A stretch of DNA of 64,000 bases from Candidatus Aminicenantes bacterium (GTDB lineage Bacteria > Acidobacteriota > Aminicenantia > Aminicenantales > Saccharicenantaceae). The notes under the pieces were generated by a model that ran no database searches, was not told the DNA's origin, and was given only the letters and a program-made list of their open reading frames with translations. Position 1 is the stretch's first letter. The number at the start of each line of letters is the position of its first letter. Below are positions 48,905 through 57,765 of this stretch, in pieces. The DNA lies in the NCBI GenBank assembly GCA_963754085.1, contig CAVWFA010000012.1, forward strand, positions 38,638 through 102,637, written 5' to 3'. The position numbers were made by a program, and so were the translations under genes.

Positions 48905-51091
48905 TCAAATGCGGAGCAGGTAGGAGACCTTAAGGGTGGCGGAATATCCGCTCAGCCGGCCCAGAAGATCGTTCCGCTCGTTCTTCTTGAGCGCCAGCTG
49001 GATGATGTTCCCGGCCCCGAAATAGTAGCCGACGAGGAAATCGAGGCTGTACTGCTTTTCGATGGTCTCGCCGAACAGGCGCGCATTGAGGAACAGGCTC
49101 CGGGTCAGCTGGTAGTGGAGCGCGGTCTGGTAGGTGAGGCCGTCGAATAATGCGCCCTCCGTGCCGTCGACCGTCTGGCGGATCCATCCGCCCTCGAGGG
49201 ACCATTCCAGGAAAGACTTCGGCCGCAGGACGATCTGGCCCTCGACGTTCAGCTCGGAACCCGGGGCGACGGTGGACCACTCCTCCAGATCGACATAGAC
49301 GCCGCGCTTCTCCCAGCCGCCTTCGATGCCGATCTCCTTGAGGAAGCCGCCGCGCTCCCAGCTGATGTCGACGTCCGTGCCGTAGGTCTGGATGTAGTCG
49401 GGTGTCCAGACGAGCGCGCCCTCGGGATCGAGGATCTGGTACTTGCTCCGGCCGAGGCTGAAGCTGATGTGGCCGTCCATCCGGTTGAACAGTTCGGCCA
49501 TGGCGAACACCTCCAACCCCTGGCCCGTGTCGGTGCCGCGGGTGTCCTGGCGGGCTTCGCCGCCGAGGTCGAAGCTCAGGCGCTTGAACACGCCCTTGTT
49601 GTACCGCCAGGCGTAGCCGGCCATGAGGTCGAACGATTGGACGTCGATCTGGTCGACGTAGCCCGACTCGATGTTGACGTTCTCCTCGATCCTCTGGAAT
49701 CCCGACATGATCTGCAGGCCCGCGTCCGGCTCGCGCTGGAAGTTGAGCTGGTAGATGCCGTTATGACCGCCTTCGGCGTTCTCGTTGAACGTGTACGCGC
49801 CCATGCCCCGGATATAGTAGATATCGCTGAAATTGAAGTTGAAGTCGACGGCGGCGTTCTGGTTCCGGACGTCCCCGTCGCGGATGCCGGCGTAATAGAA
49901 ACCGATCTGCGAGTTCTTGAGGATGTCCTTCTGGACGCGGAAGACGCCGAAATACGAGTCGCGGGGGTCTTCGCCGGGCTCGACGCCCACCTTGTTGATG
50001 GCGCCGAGGACACCGAAGCCCCAGCCGCCGGTCTTTCCGGTGACCTTGGCCGCGAATCTCGGATTGCGGATGCGCCGGGAGTAGAACAGGCTGACACCTC
50101 CGCCGTGGTAATCTTCTTCGCCCGTCGACAGGTTGAAATAGCGGGCCCCCTCGGTGAAGAACGGCCGGTTCTCTTGGAGGTAATTCTCGTAGGGGGAAAG
50201 CTGGAAAATGAAGGGATCCGACTCGACTTCGCTGAAGTCCGGGCTGGCCGTGACGTCGAGATAGAGGTTGGGCTGGATGCCCCACTTGGCGTCCAGGCCG
50301 CCGGCGGCTTTGCTGTCCTTGTTCGTGGCGCCCGCCTCGTCCTCCCACTGCGAGGCCCGCACGCCCGCGTAGGGGAAGAACTCGAGGTTGTAGCCCGGGC
50401 GGAGCCCGGCCAGGCCGCGCAGCTCGCCGCTCTGCTGGAGCTCGGGCAGGTCGCGGTCGACGTCCGTCCAGTAGTCCGTCTCGTTGAGCCGGTGGATGTA
50501 GCGCTCGAAGTTGATGCCCCAGACCTCGAGCTTTTTCGCCGAGAAGCGGAGCGACTTGAAGGGGATGGCCATCTCGACGCTCCAGCCGTCGGAGCGCATG
50601 ACCGCTTCGGACTTCCAGATCGTCTCGACGGAGTTCTTCTGGACGCCGCGCGGATTGACCGTGAAGGAGATGCTCGTCCGCTTGTCGTTGTAGGCGTCGA
50701 GGATGAGCTTGATCGAATCGTTGTTCTCGAACTCGTTGCGCGGGGTCAGCTCGGCCCAGATCTTGCCGGGCTGGGCGTCCTTCATCAGGAAGGCGAAATA
50801 GAGATTGTCCCTGTCGTAGGCGGCCCAGATGAAGGTCTCTTCTGAGGCCGGCACGCCGTTGATGGGATCGTGCTGGTAGAAACCGGAAACCGGCTCGACG
50901 GCCTTCCAGCAGGCGTCGTCGATGAGGCCGTCGATCTTCGGCGGCGTCGCCGCGACCGGATTCACGCCGAGGCGCTTGACCGGCCCCTGCGCGGCGAGCG
51001 ACAGGGCGAGCAGGGGAAGGAGGGCGGCGGCGGTCCGCCAAGGGGAGGGGCGATGTCGGCGCTTCGGCATCCGGGACTCTCCAGTAGGCAT
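48905..51091 (-). CDS. DUF5916/CBM9-like secreted beta-barrel protein.
   Basis: A 728-aa protein with a signal peptide and a carbohydrate-binding-family-9-like N-terminus (KIDGLIDDACW). Confidence 0.5.
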   Translation of the reverse strand: MPTGESRMPKRRHRPSPWRTAAALLPLLALSLAAQGPVKRLGVNPVAATPPKIDGLIDDACWKAVEPVSGFYQHDPINGVPASEETFIWAAYDRDNLYFAFLMKDAQPGKIWAELTPRNEFENNDSIKLILDAYNDKRTSISFTVNPRGVQKNSVETIWKSEAVMRSDGWSVEMAIPFKSLRFSAKKLEVWGINFERYIHRLNETDYWTDVDRDLPELQQSGELRGLAGLRPGYNLEFFPYAGVRASQWEDEAGATNKDSKAAGGLDAKWGIQPNLYLDVTASPDFSEVESDPFIFQLSPYENYLQENRPFFTEGARYFNLSTGEEDYHGGGVSLFYSRRIRNPRFAAKVTGKTGGWGFGVLGAINKVGVEPGEDPRDSYFGVFRVQKDILKNSQIGFYYAGIRDGDVRNQNAAVDFNFNFSDIYYIRGMGAYTFNENAEGGHNGIYQLNFQREPDAGLQIMSGFQRIEENVNIESGYVDQIDVQSFDLMAGYAWRYNKGVFKRLSFDLGGEARQDTRGTDTGQGLEVFAMAELFNRMDGHISFSLGRSKYQILDPEGALVWTPDYIQTYGTDVDISWERGGFLKEIGIEGGWEKRGVYVDLEEWSTVAPGSELNVEGQIVLRPKSFLEWSLEGGWIRQTVDGTEGALFDGLTYQTALHYQLTRSLFLNARLFGETIEKQYSLDFLVGYYFGAGNIIQLALKKNERNDLLGRLSGYSATLKVSYLLRI

Positions 51092-51224
51092 AGATTGACC
51101 ATAGACGCCCGTTTAGACGTCGCGGACAGGGGTTTCTTCCCCGGGCCGGGGCCGTCGGGCGCGCCGCTTGAAAGGACCTTCCCGGAAACGGGACGATCCC
51201 TCTCGGGCCTGTCGCGAGGGGAGA

Positions 51225-52262
51225 TCACCACAGAGAGGACGGGTGTGTCGCCGGCGCGGCCTGACCGTTCGGGTGGCAGGCGTAGCAGGCCTGCGAATTG
51301 TACGCGTATCCCGTGACGTCGTCGTGCCTGGAGTTCGTACTCGACTGTTCGTGACAGCCGAGGCAATTGAAGACGCGGTAGTCGCTCGTCGTGTGACACT
51401 CGGAACAGGCGACGCCGGAGTGCCGGCCGGACGTGATCGGGAAGGGGTGGTCGAAGTCCGCGCCCGACCAGCCGCTCGCGGAGGTCCCGTGGCACTCCTC
51501 GCAGTTGAGCGGGAAGCCCGCGGCCCGGTGGTCGGGATCGGTCGTGCCGTTGTAATCGTCGAGGTGGCAGGACGCGCACTCCGTCGAGGTGCCCTGGTAG
51601 ACGCCGTTCTTGTGGCATTCCACGCACGAGGCCGAGGCGTGTTGTCCTTGGAGCGTGAAGCCCGTGTGGTTGAAGGACGCGCTCTCCCAGGCCCGCTGAT
51701 CATGGCAGGACGGGCAGCTCGTCGGGAAGCCGGCCTGGAGGTGGTTCGGATCGTCCGCCCCCCGGTAATCGGATTCGTGGCAGGCGTAGCAGTCCGTCGG
51801 CTGGGGGGTGAAGCCGCCGGTGCCGTGGCAGGCCTCGCAGTCAAGCGTCCGGTGGGTCCCCTCGAGGGCATAGCCCACGTCCGTTTCGTGGCTCCACAGG
51901 GCGGGGTCGACCTTTTTCCAGGACTGGGGCGTGTGGCAGTCTGAGCAGCGCATCCCCAGGCGCAGCGAGTAGCGGTCGTCCTGTCGGCGCTGCCAGTGAC
52001 AGGCCTCGCAGTCGGTCGGCGTGCCTTCGAAGACCAGGTTGAGATGGCATTCCCGGCATGACAGCGTCCGGTGTTTCCCGGTGAGCGGGAAGCTGGTCCG
52101 GTCGTGGGACTCGACCGTCCAGTCCTGTCCCGTGCGGGGGGGGGTGGGAGGGGCCGCCTTTTCCTGTCCCGGGCTCGATCGAGCGGCGAGGATCAGGAGG
52201 AGAGGGATGATGAACGCCCCGGCCAGGGCGATCGCCGGCGTGGATTTCATTCGAAGGATCAT
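51225..52262 (-). CDS. Dodecaheme c-type cytochrome with 12 CxxCH motifs.
   Basis: The CxxCH motifs were counted by eye from the translation. A signal peptide is present. Confidence 0.8.
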   Translation of the reverse strand: MILRMKSTPAIALAGAFIIPLLLILAARSSPGQEKAAPPTPPRTGQDWTVESHDRTSFPLTGKHRTLSCRECHLNLVFEGTPTDCEACHWQRRQDDRYSLRLGMRCSDCHTPQSWKKVDPALWSHETDVGYALEGTHRTLDCEACHGTGGFTPQPTDCYACHESDYRGADDPNHLQAGFPTSCPSCHDQRAWESASFNHTGFTLQGQHASASCVECHKNGVYQGTSTECASCHLDDYNGTTDPDHRAAGFPLNCEECHGTSASGWSGADFDHPFPITSGRHSGVACSECHTTSDYRVFNCLGCHEQSSTNSRHDDVTGYAYNSQACYACHPNGQAAPATHPSSLW

Positions 52263-52269
52263 GGCGTCC

Positions 52270-53571
52270 TCATCGGCTCCTGTAGATCAATCGGACGAAC
52301 AGGAAGTGCTCGTCGTTGCCGGACTGGAGGAACCCCCCGTATTCGACCTGGGCCGAGAGCCCGCGGCTGATCCGGACGAGGGTCCCGAGGGTGACGTTCC
52401 GGTGATCGTCCAGGGCGATCGGCACGGGCTCCCCCGAAGCCTGGTCGAAGCGGATCCCCTTGAAGGTGTTGGAGAAGCTGGCGTTCAGGGAGAACCGTCC
52501 GAAATCCTTGGTCAGAGAGGCGTAATAGGAATCGTTCTCGGACAGGTCGCCCCGATTGAGAGCGTAGTTCGCGACGAAGGAGAAGCCCTGGCCGAAGAGA
52601 TCCGAGGCGGAGGCCCCGAAGCGCCAGGTGTGGTTGACGTAGCCGAGGTCTTTCTGCTCGCTTTCCTGGCGGGCGACCGACAGGCGCAGGGTGCGCACGG
52701 GCTTGACGCTGAGCCGGACGCCGTAATAGCTCGAGTAATAGAAGCGCTCGACGTCCTGGTTGAAGATCGTCGGGTCCTGGGACGCTTCCAGGAGGTACTG
52801 GTGGAAATCGAGCCCCTTGCCCGAGCTGTAGCTCGCCGTCACGTCGGCCATGCGACCGAGGTCCAGTCGGACGTTCCCGAACAGCCGCGACAGGCGGTTC
52901 TCGCCGGCGACGTGGTCGCCCAGCTCGTATTCGGCGTCGCCGTAGACGACGAGCACTTTCTGGACGGGGAGGAAGACGTTCGCATAGGCGAACTGCCTCT
53001 CGACGCTGCCGCCATACCGGAGCTGGCTGAAGGTCAGGCCGGCCGTCCGGCCCTGCGTGCCGAGCCAGCGGACGAAAGCGCCGGCCTTGAGATAGTTCGT
53101 TTCGAGCCGGGCGATATACGGCGTCGACTGGAGGCCGCCGAAAGCGCCGACCAGGAAGTCGCGGCCGAGCTTGAAACCGGCGACCCCTCCGAGGAGAGAG
53201 CCGATCCCCGCGGTGTCGTAGAGATTCATCTGGCCGAGCGACAGATAGAACCGCGAGCCGGGCCTATCGTAGGTCAGGCGGGCGCTGTAGAGGATGAGCT
53301 GGTTGGTCAGGTCCTCCCGGATGCCGAGCCGGTCCCGGGCGTCGATGCTCAGGGTCCAGCCCTGTCCGGCCGGACGGATGAGATCGAACTTGAACCTGGC
53401 CGAGACCTGGTTGAAGACGACGCCGTCGGCGTAGCGCGAGCCGCTCCAGTCGAAGTAGATCGTGCCTCTCTGATAGAAGCCGGGCCCCGAGGACTGCGAG
53501 GCGAGGGGAAGACCGGCGAGGACGAGCCCCGCGGCCACGAACAGCAACAGCGGACCCGTCGAGCGGCGCAC
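52270..53571 (-). CDS. Outer-membrane beta-barrel (porin-like) protein sitting between two multiheme cytochromes.
   Basis: A signal peptide is followed by alternating amphipathic beta-strands, and the C-terminal residue is aromatic (…IYRSR is near the end). Confidence 0.6.
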   Translation of the reverse strand: MRRSTGPLLLFVAAGLVLAGLPLASQSSGPGFYQRGTIYFDWSGSRYADGVVFNQVSARFKFDLIRPAGQGWTLSIDARDRLGIREDLTNQLILYSARLTYDRPGSRFYLSLGQMNLYDTAGIGSLLGGVAGFKLGRDFLVGAFGGLQSTPYIARLETNYLKAGAFVRWLGTQGRTAGLTFSQLRYGGSVERQFAYANVFLPVQKVLVVYGDAEYELGDHVAGENRLSRLFGNVRLDLGRMADVTASYSSGKGLDFHQYLLEASQDPTIFNQDVERFYYSSYYGVRLSVKPVRTLRLSVARQESEQKDLGYVNHTWRFGASASDLFGQGFSFVANYALNRGDLSENDSYYASLTKDFGRFSLNASFSNTFKGIRFDQASGEPVPIALDDHRNVTLGTLVRISRGLSAQVEYGGFLQSGNDEHFLFVRLIYRSR

Positions 53572-53574
53572 GGC

Positions 53575-54156
53575 TCAGTCCTCCTCCGGCATCCGTCCGA
53601 CGCCCCAATGGCCTTGTTGATGACAAGCCAGGCATTCGTCCTGTCGGCCCGGATGCGGCGCATTATGGCAGCCCCGGCAGCCCGGGACCTTGAAAAGGTA
53701 GGACCGGCCCTGGCTTCTCGCCAGGGTCCTGGCCGGCGTGTGGCACGTGTCACAGGCCTTGACCTTCAAGTGGGCGCCCTGGAGGTCGGCGCCGGTCTCG
53801 GCATGATCGAAATCGGCGGGGTCCAGCGGCACGAGATCGGCCTGGCGGCCCTGATGTTCGGCGTGGCAGACGGCGCAGTCGTCGGCCTTGTCCCGGTGAT
53901 AGCCCTTGTTGGCCGCGATCCGGGTGCCGATCTCGGTGTGGCAGGCCAGGCACTTGGCCGGGGCGATTTTGCCGGGAGCGACGTGACAGGCCGCGCAATC
54001 GGCTTCGCCGGGCTTGACCGCGTGGGCCGCGCTCAGAGGGCCGGGGATCTCCTGGCCGGAACCCGGCCGGCCGGCGGCCGGGGTCAAGACCAGGGCCAGC
54101 CAGAGGCCTAGGCCGAGGAGCGGGAGAAGACGTCGTATCGCTTCCATTATTCCCAC
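53575..54156 (-). CDS. Hexaheme c-type cytochrome with 6 CxxCH motifs.
   Basis: A 193-aa protein with a signal peptide. It is the first gene of the probable cytochrome-porin-cytochrome operon. Confidence 0.8.
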   Translation of the reverse strand: MGIMEAIRRLLPLLGLGLWLALVLTPAAGRPGSGQEIPGPLSAAHAVKPGEADCAACHVAPGKIAPAKCLACHTEIGTRIAANKGYHRDKADDCAVCHAEHQGRQADLVPLDPADFDHAETGADLQGAHLKVKACDTCHTPARTLARSQGRSYLFKVPGCRGCHNAPHPGRQDECLACHQQGHWGVGRMPEED

Positions 54157-54263
54157 TGTTCCTATGTATCCTATATATATGATATGAAGTTGTCAAACGG
54201 CTCCCGGGACGTCTGCCCCGGCCGGGAGGGGAATTTCCTCCCGGGGTTCACCTTTAGGGGTGA

Positions 54264-54296
54264 TTGACGGTGGTCACGGCTAATCCGATGATAAAC
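54264..54296 (+). promoter_or_regulatory. Putative promoter for the 54322 gene (-35 TTGACG; -10 region GATGATAAAC). A dyad CCGGGAGG-N7-CCTCCCGG lies just upstream.
   Basis: The motifs are read directly from the divergent intergenic region. Confidence 0.3.
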
Positions 54297-54321
54297 CTGA
54301 ATTTACCCAAGGAGTAGGCCT

Positions 54322-55641
54322 ATGGCCAAGATACTGCTGGTCGATTTCAGCCCGGCCGACCGGGATCGTCTTATTGCCGAAAAGTACGATGTCGATGCGC
54401 GCTCGACCGGCTGGACCACCGGCCTCGACGAGCCCCTGGATCTCTCGGGCGAACATGACGTCGTCTTTTACCAGGTCGGCGGCGAGGCCGCGGCCGGCCG
54501 CCCTGATCTTCACGCCGATGCGCACGAGGCGCTCCTGGAGCGCGCGCGCGAAGGCGCCCGGATCGTCTGCTTCATCGGCGGCGGGGAGACGTTCCAGCTG
54601 ACGAACATCGTCGGGCCCCTGGACGGGCTTCAGATCAAGGATAGCGCCCGGGCCGAGGCCGTCGTCTTCAGCCCGCGGGCCCTGTTCCACGTCCCTTTCG
54701 AGAGGTTCCGGCCGTACATCGCCAGCGCCTTCCGCCTCCTGCCCGAAACGTTCGGCGACGGGATCTGGGAGACGGAATCGTCCGCGAACGGCAAGTTCGA
54801 GTTCCTGGCCAAGACGACCGACGGCGCGCCCGTGGCCATGGTCGTCCGGAAAGGGAAGGGCGAGCTCCTGCTCCTGCCCTCGTTCGGGCCCAAGACGATC
54901 GAGGTCGTCGATTACATCCTCAAGGATAAGCTGCCGCTCACGCCCGAGCCTCCCGGCGAGGCGGGCGCCGGCTGGCTCGAAGGCGAAGACTACGTCTTCC
55001 CCGAGCTCCGGGCCCTGGTGGCCAAGCGCGACGAGGAGAAAAAGAAGCTCGAGGAGGCCTTGGCCGACTACGACCGCCAGATCAAGGACCTCAAGGCCGG
55101 CGGCCAGGAGGAGTTCCACCGCCTGCTCAGCGGCGAAGGAGCGGTCCTCAAGAACGCCGTCGTCCACGCCCTCCGCTACCTCGGCTGGGGCCGCGTCGTC
55201 GACGTCGACCAGTACTGGAAGAAGACCATCCGGAACAAGGAGGAGGACGCCTGGGTCATCGATCCCCCCGATATGCCCGTGGAGGCCGGCCTGCGCAAGG
55301 GCGAGCTGGTCATCGTCCTCGCCCGGGGCGGCAAGAACTGGGCCACGGACGACGAGTGCGCCCTGCTTCAGAAGTTCAAGGGCCGGCGGATGCAGGAGTT
55401 CGACAACACCCGGATGAAAGCGGTCCTCGTCGGCAACTACTTCTCGGCGGCCGAGGCCAAAAGCCGGCCCAATCCGTTCTCGGCCGCGCAGATCGAGGAG
55501 ACCCAGAAGGACGGCAACGGCCTGGTCACGACCTACGAGCTGTTCCGGGCCATCAAGGCCGAGAAGGAGGGCCGCGTTTCCAAGGACGCCATCCGCGAGC
55601 AGATCAGGCGCAAGACCGGACTGATCACTTTCGATATTTGA
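54322..55641 (+). CDS. Hypothetical 439-aa cytoplasmic protein of unknown family.
   Basis: A clean ORF with a good RBS (AAGGAG). No family is recognised from the sequence. Confidence 0.5.
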   Translation: MAKILLVDFSPADRDRLIAEKYDVDARSTGWTTGLDEPLDLSGEHDVVFYQVGGEAAAGRPDLHADAHEALLERAREGARIVCFIGGGETFQLTNIVGPLDGLQIKDSARAEAVVFSPRALFHVPFERFRPYIASAFRLLPETFGDGIWETESSANGKFEFLAKTTDGAPVAMVVRKGKGELLLLPSFGPKTIEVVDYILKDKLPLTPEPPGEAGAGWLEGEDYVFPELRALVAKRDEEKKKLEEALADYDRQIKDLKAGGQEEFHRLLSGEGAVLKNAVVHALRYLGWGRVVDVDQYWKKTIRNKEEDAWVIDPPDMPVEAGLRKGELVIVLARGGKNWATDDECALLQKFKGRRMQEFDNTRMKAVLVGNYFSAAEAKSRPNPFSAAQIEETQKDGNGLVTTYELFRAIKAEKEGRVSKDAIREQIRRKTGLITFDI

Positions 55642-55648
55642 GAAAGAT

Positions 55649-55735
55649 GGGGTCAAACCTATACCTTTTTAATTTTTGCCAGATGTGACTCGACCTATGA
55701 GGCAAAAAAACTAAAAAGGTATAGGTTTGACCCCC
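55649..55735. repeat. Foldback element family A, copy A5 (arm type 2).
   Basis: GGGGTCAAACCTATACCTTTTTAATTTTTGCC ... GGCAAAAAAACTAAAAAGGTATAGGTTTGACCCCC around a unique 21-nt core. It lies 7 nt after the upstream gene's stop codon. Confidence 0.85.
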
Positions 55736-55818
55736 TTTGCCAGCCGTCTTGCTATTCGCTCCCTCCCCATATAGAATTCTTTTCCGCGTGACCCCGTGAG
55801 CAACGGAGGAGGAGAGCG

Positions 55819-57757
55819 TTGAACCTGACCTGGATCGATTGGGGGATCGTCCTCGCCGTCTTCGCCTTCATCATCGCCGTCGTCATCCTCAGCAAGCCGC
55901 TCATGCGCAGCGTCTCCGACTTCCTGGCCGCCGGCCGGACCGGCGGGCGCTACCTCATCAGCCTGTCCCAGGGCACGGCCTCCCTCGGCGCCATCACCAT
56001 CGTCGGCATGCTCGAGATGAACTACATCGCCGGCTTCAATATGCGCTGGTGGGAGATGGTCATGGCCGTCGTGGTCGTCGGGATCAGCGTCTCGGGCTGG
56101 GTCCTCTACCGGTTCCGCCAGACCCGGGCCCTGACCATGGCCCAGTTCTTCGAGATCCGCTACAGCCGGCAGCTTCCGCATCTTCGCCGGGACCATGGCC
56201 TTCCTGTCCGGGATCATCAATTTCGGCATCTTCCCGGCCGTGAGCGCCCGCTTCTTCATCTACTTCTGCGGCCTGCCGCAGACGGTCGACCTCCTCGGCC
56301 TTCACGTCTCGACCTTCGCCCTGATCATGATCGTCATCCTCTGGATCCCGCTCTACTTCGTCTTCAGCGGCGGCCAGATCGCGGTCATGATCACCGACTT
56401 CATCCAGGGCATCTTCGTCAACGTCGTCTTCATCGTCATCGTCGTCGTCCTGATGCTCAAGATCGACTGGGGCCAGATCTTCCAGGCCCTGTCCCAGGCT
56501 CCGGCGAGCGCCTCGCTGGTCAACCCGTTCCATACGGGCAGCACCAAGGACTACAACTTCTGGTACTTCTTCATCGGCATGATCGGGGTCATCTACGGCA
56601 AGCTCTCCTGGCAGGGGACCCAGGCCTATAACGCCTCGGCCAAGAGCGCCCACGAAGCCAAGATGGGCGATGTCCTGGCCAACTGGCGCGGCATCCCGCA
56701 GTGGGGCCTGTTCCTCGTGTTCGTGCCCATCGTGGCCTACACGTTCTGGCATGGGCAGGCGTTCACGGCCGCGGCCGCCTCGGTCCGGCCCGTCCTCGAC
56801 GGGCTGGCCTCGGACGCCCTGAGAAGCCAGCTGACCGTGCCGATCGCCCTGACCAAGCTCCTGCCGGTCGGGCTGATGGGCGCGTTCGCGGCGGTCATGC
56901 TGGCCGCGGCCATCGGCTGCAACGAGACCTACCTCCACTCCTGGGGCAGCATCTTCATCCAGGACGTGATCATGCCTCTGCGGAAGAAGCCCTTCGCGCC
57001 GGAGCAGCACCTCAAGGCCCTCAAGCTCTCCATCCTGGCCGTCGCGGCCTTCTCGTTCGTCTTCAGCCTGCTCTTCCAGCAGAGCGAGTACATCTTCCTC
57101 TTCTTCGCCATCACCGGCGCCATCTTCGCCGGCGGGAGCGGCGCGGTCATCATCGGCGGCCTGTACTGGAAGCGGGGCACGACGGCCGCGGCCTGGTCGG
57201 CCATGATCGTCGGCTCCGTCGTCGCCGTCGGCGGCATCGCCGTCAAGCAGCTCGTGCCCGGCTTCCCCGTCAACGGCCAGATGTTCTGGGGCCTGGCCAT
57301 GGCCGGGTCGAGCGTCGTCTACATCGTCGTCTCGCTCCTCACGGGCGGCCGGAAGACCTTCGACATGGACAAGATGCTCCATCGGGGGAAGTACCTGGTC
57401 AAGGAGGAATACGCCGTCGTCGATACGGTCCCGGTCAAGGGCTGGAAGGTCCTGGGCATGGGCCGGGAGTTCACCCGCTGGGACAAGGTCATCTACGTCG
57501 CGACCTACGCCTGGACGGCCAGCTGGGTCGTCGTCTTCGTCGTCGGGACGGTCCTCAACCTGACCCGCGAGGTCTCGACGGCCGCCTGGCTCGGCTTCTG
57601 GCGGACCTACACGATGATCTTCCTGGCCGTCTCCGTCTTCGTCATCGTCTGGTTCTCGATCGGCGGCATCATCAACCTCAAAGAGATGGTCCGGACGCTC
57701 AAGGTCATGAAGCGCGACCACTCCGATCAGGGCTTCGTCGAGCGGGACCGCGGCTGA
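55819..57757 (+). CDS. Sodium:solute symporter (SSS family) with a TTG start. A 1-bp insertion lies near 56168.
   Basis: FFEIRYSR|SFRIFAGTMAFLSGIINFG becomes continuous after removing one C. The protein has about 13 TM helices. Confidence 0.65.
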
Positions 57758-57765
57758 GGGCGGCC

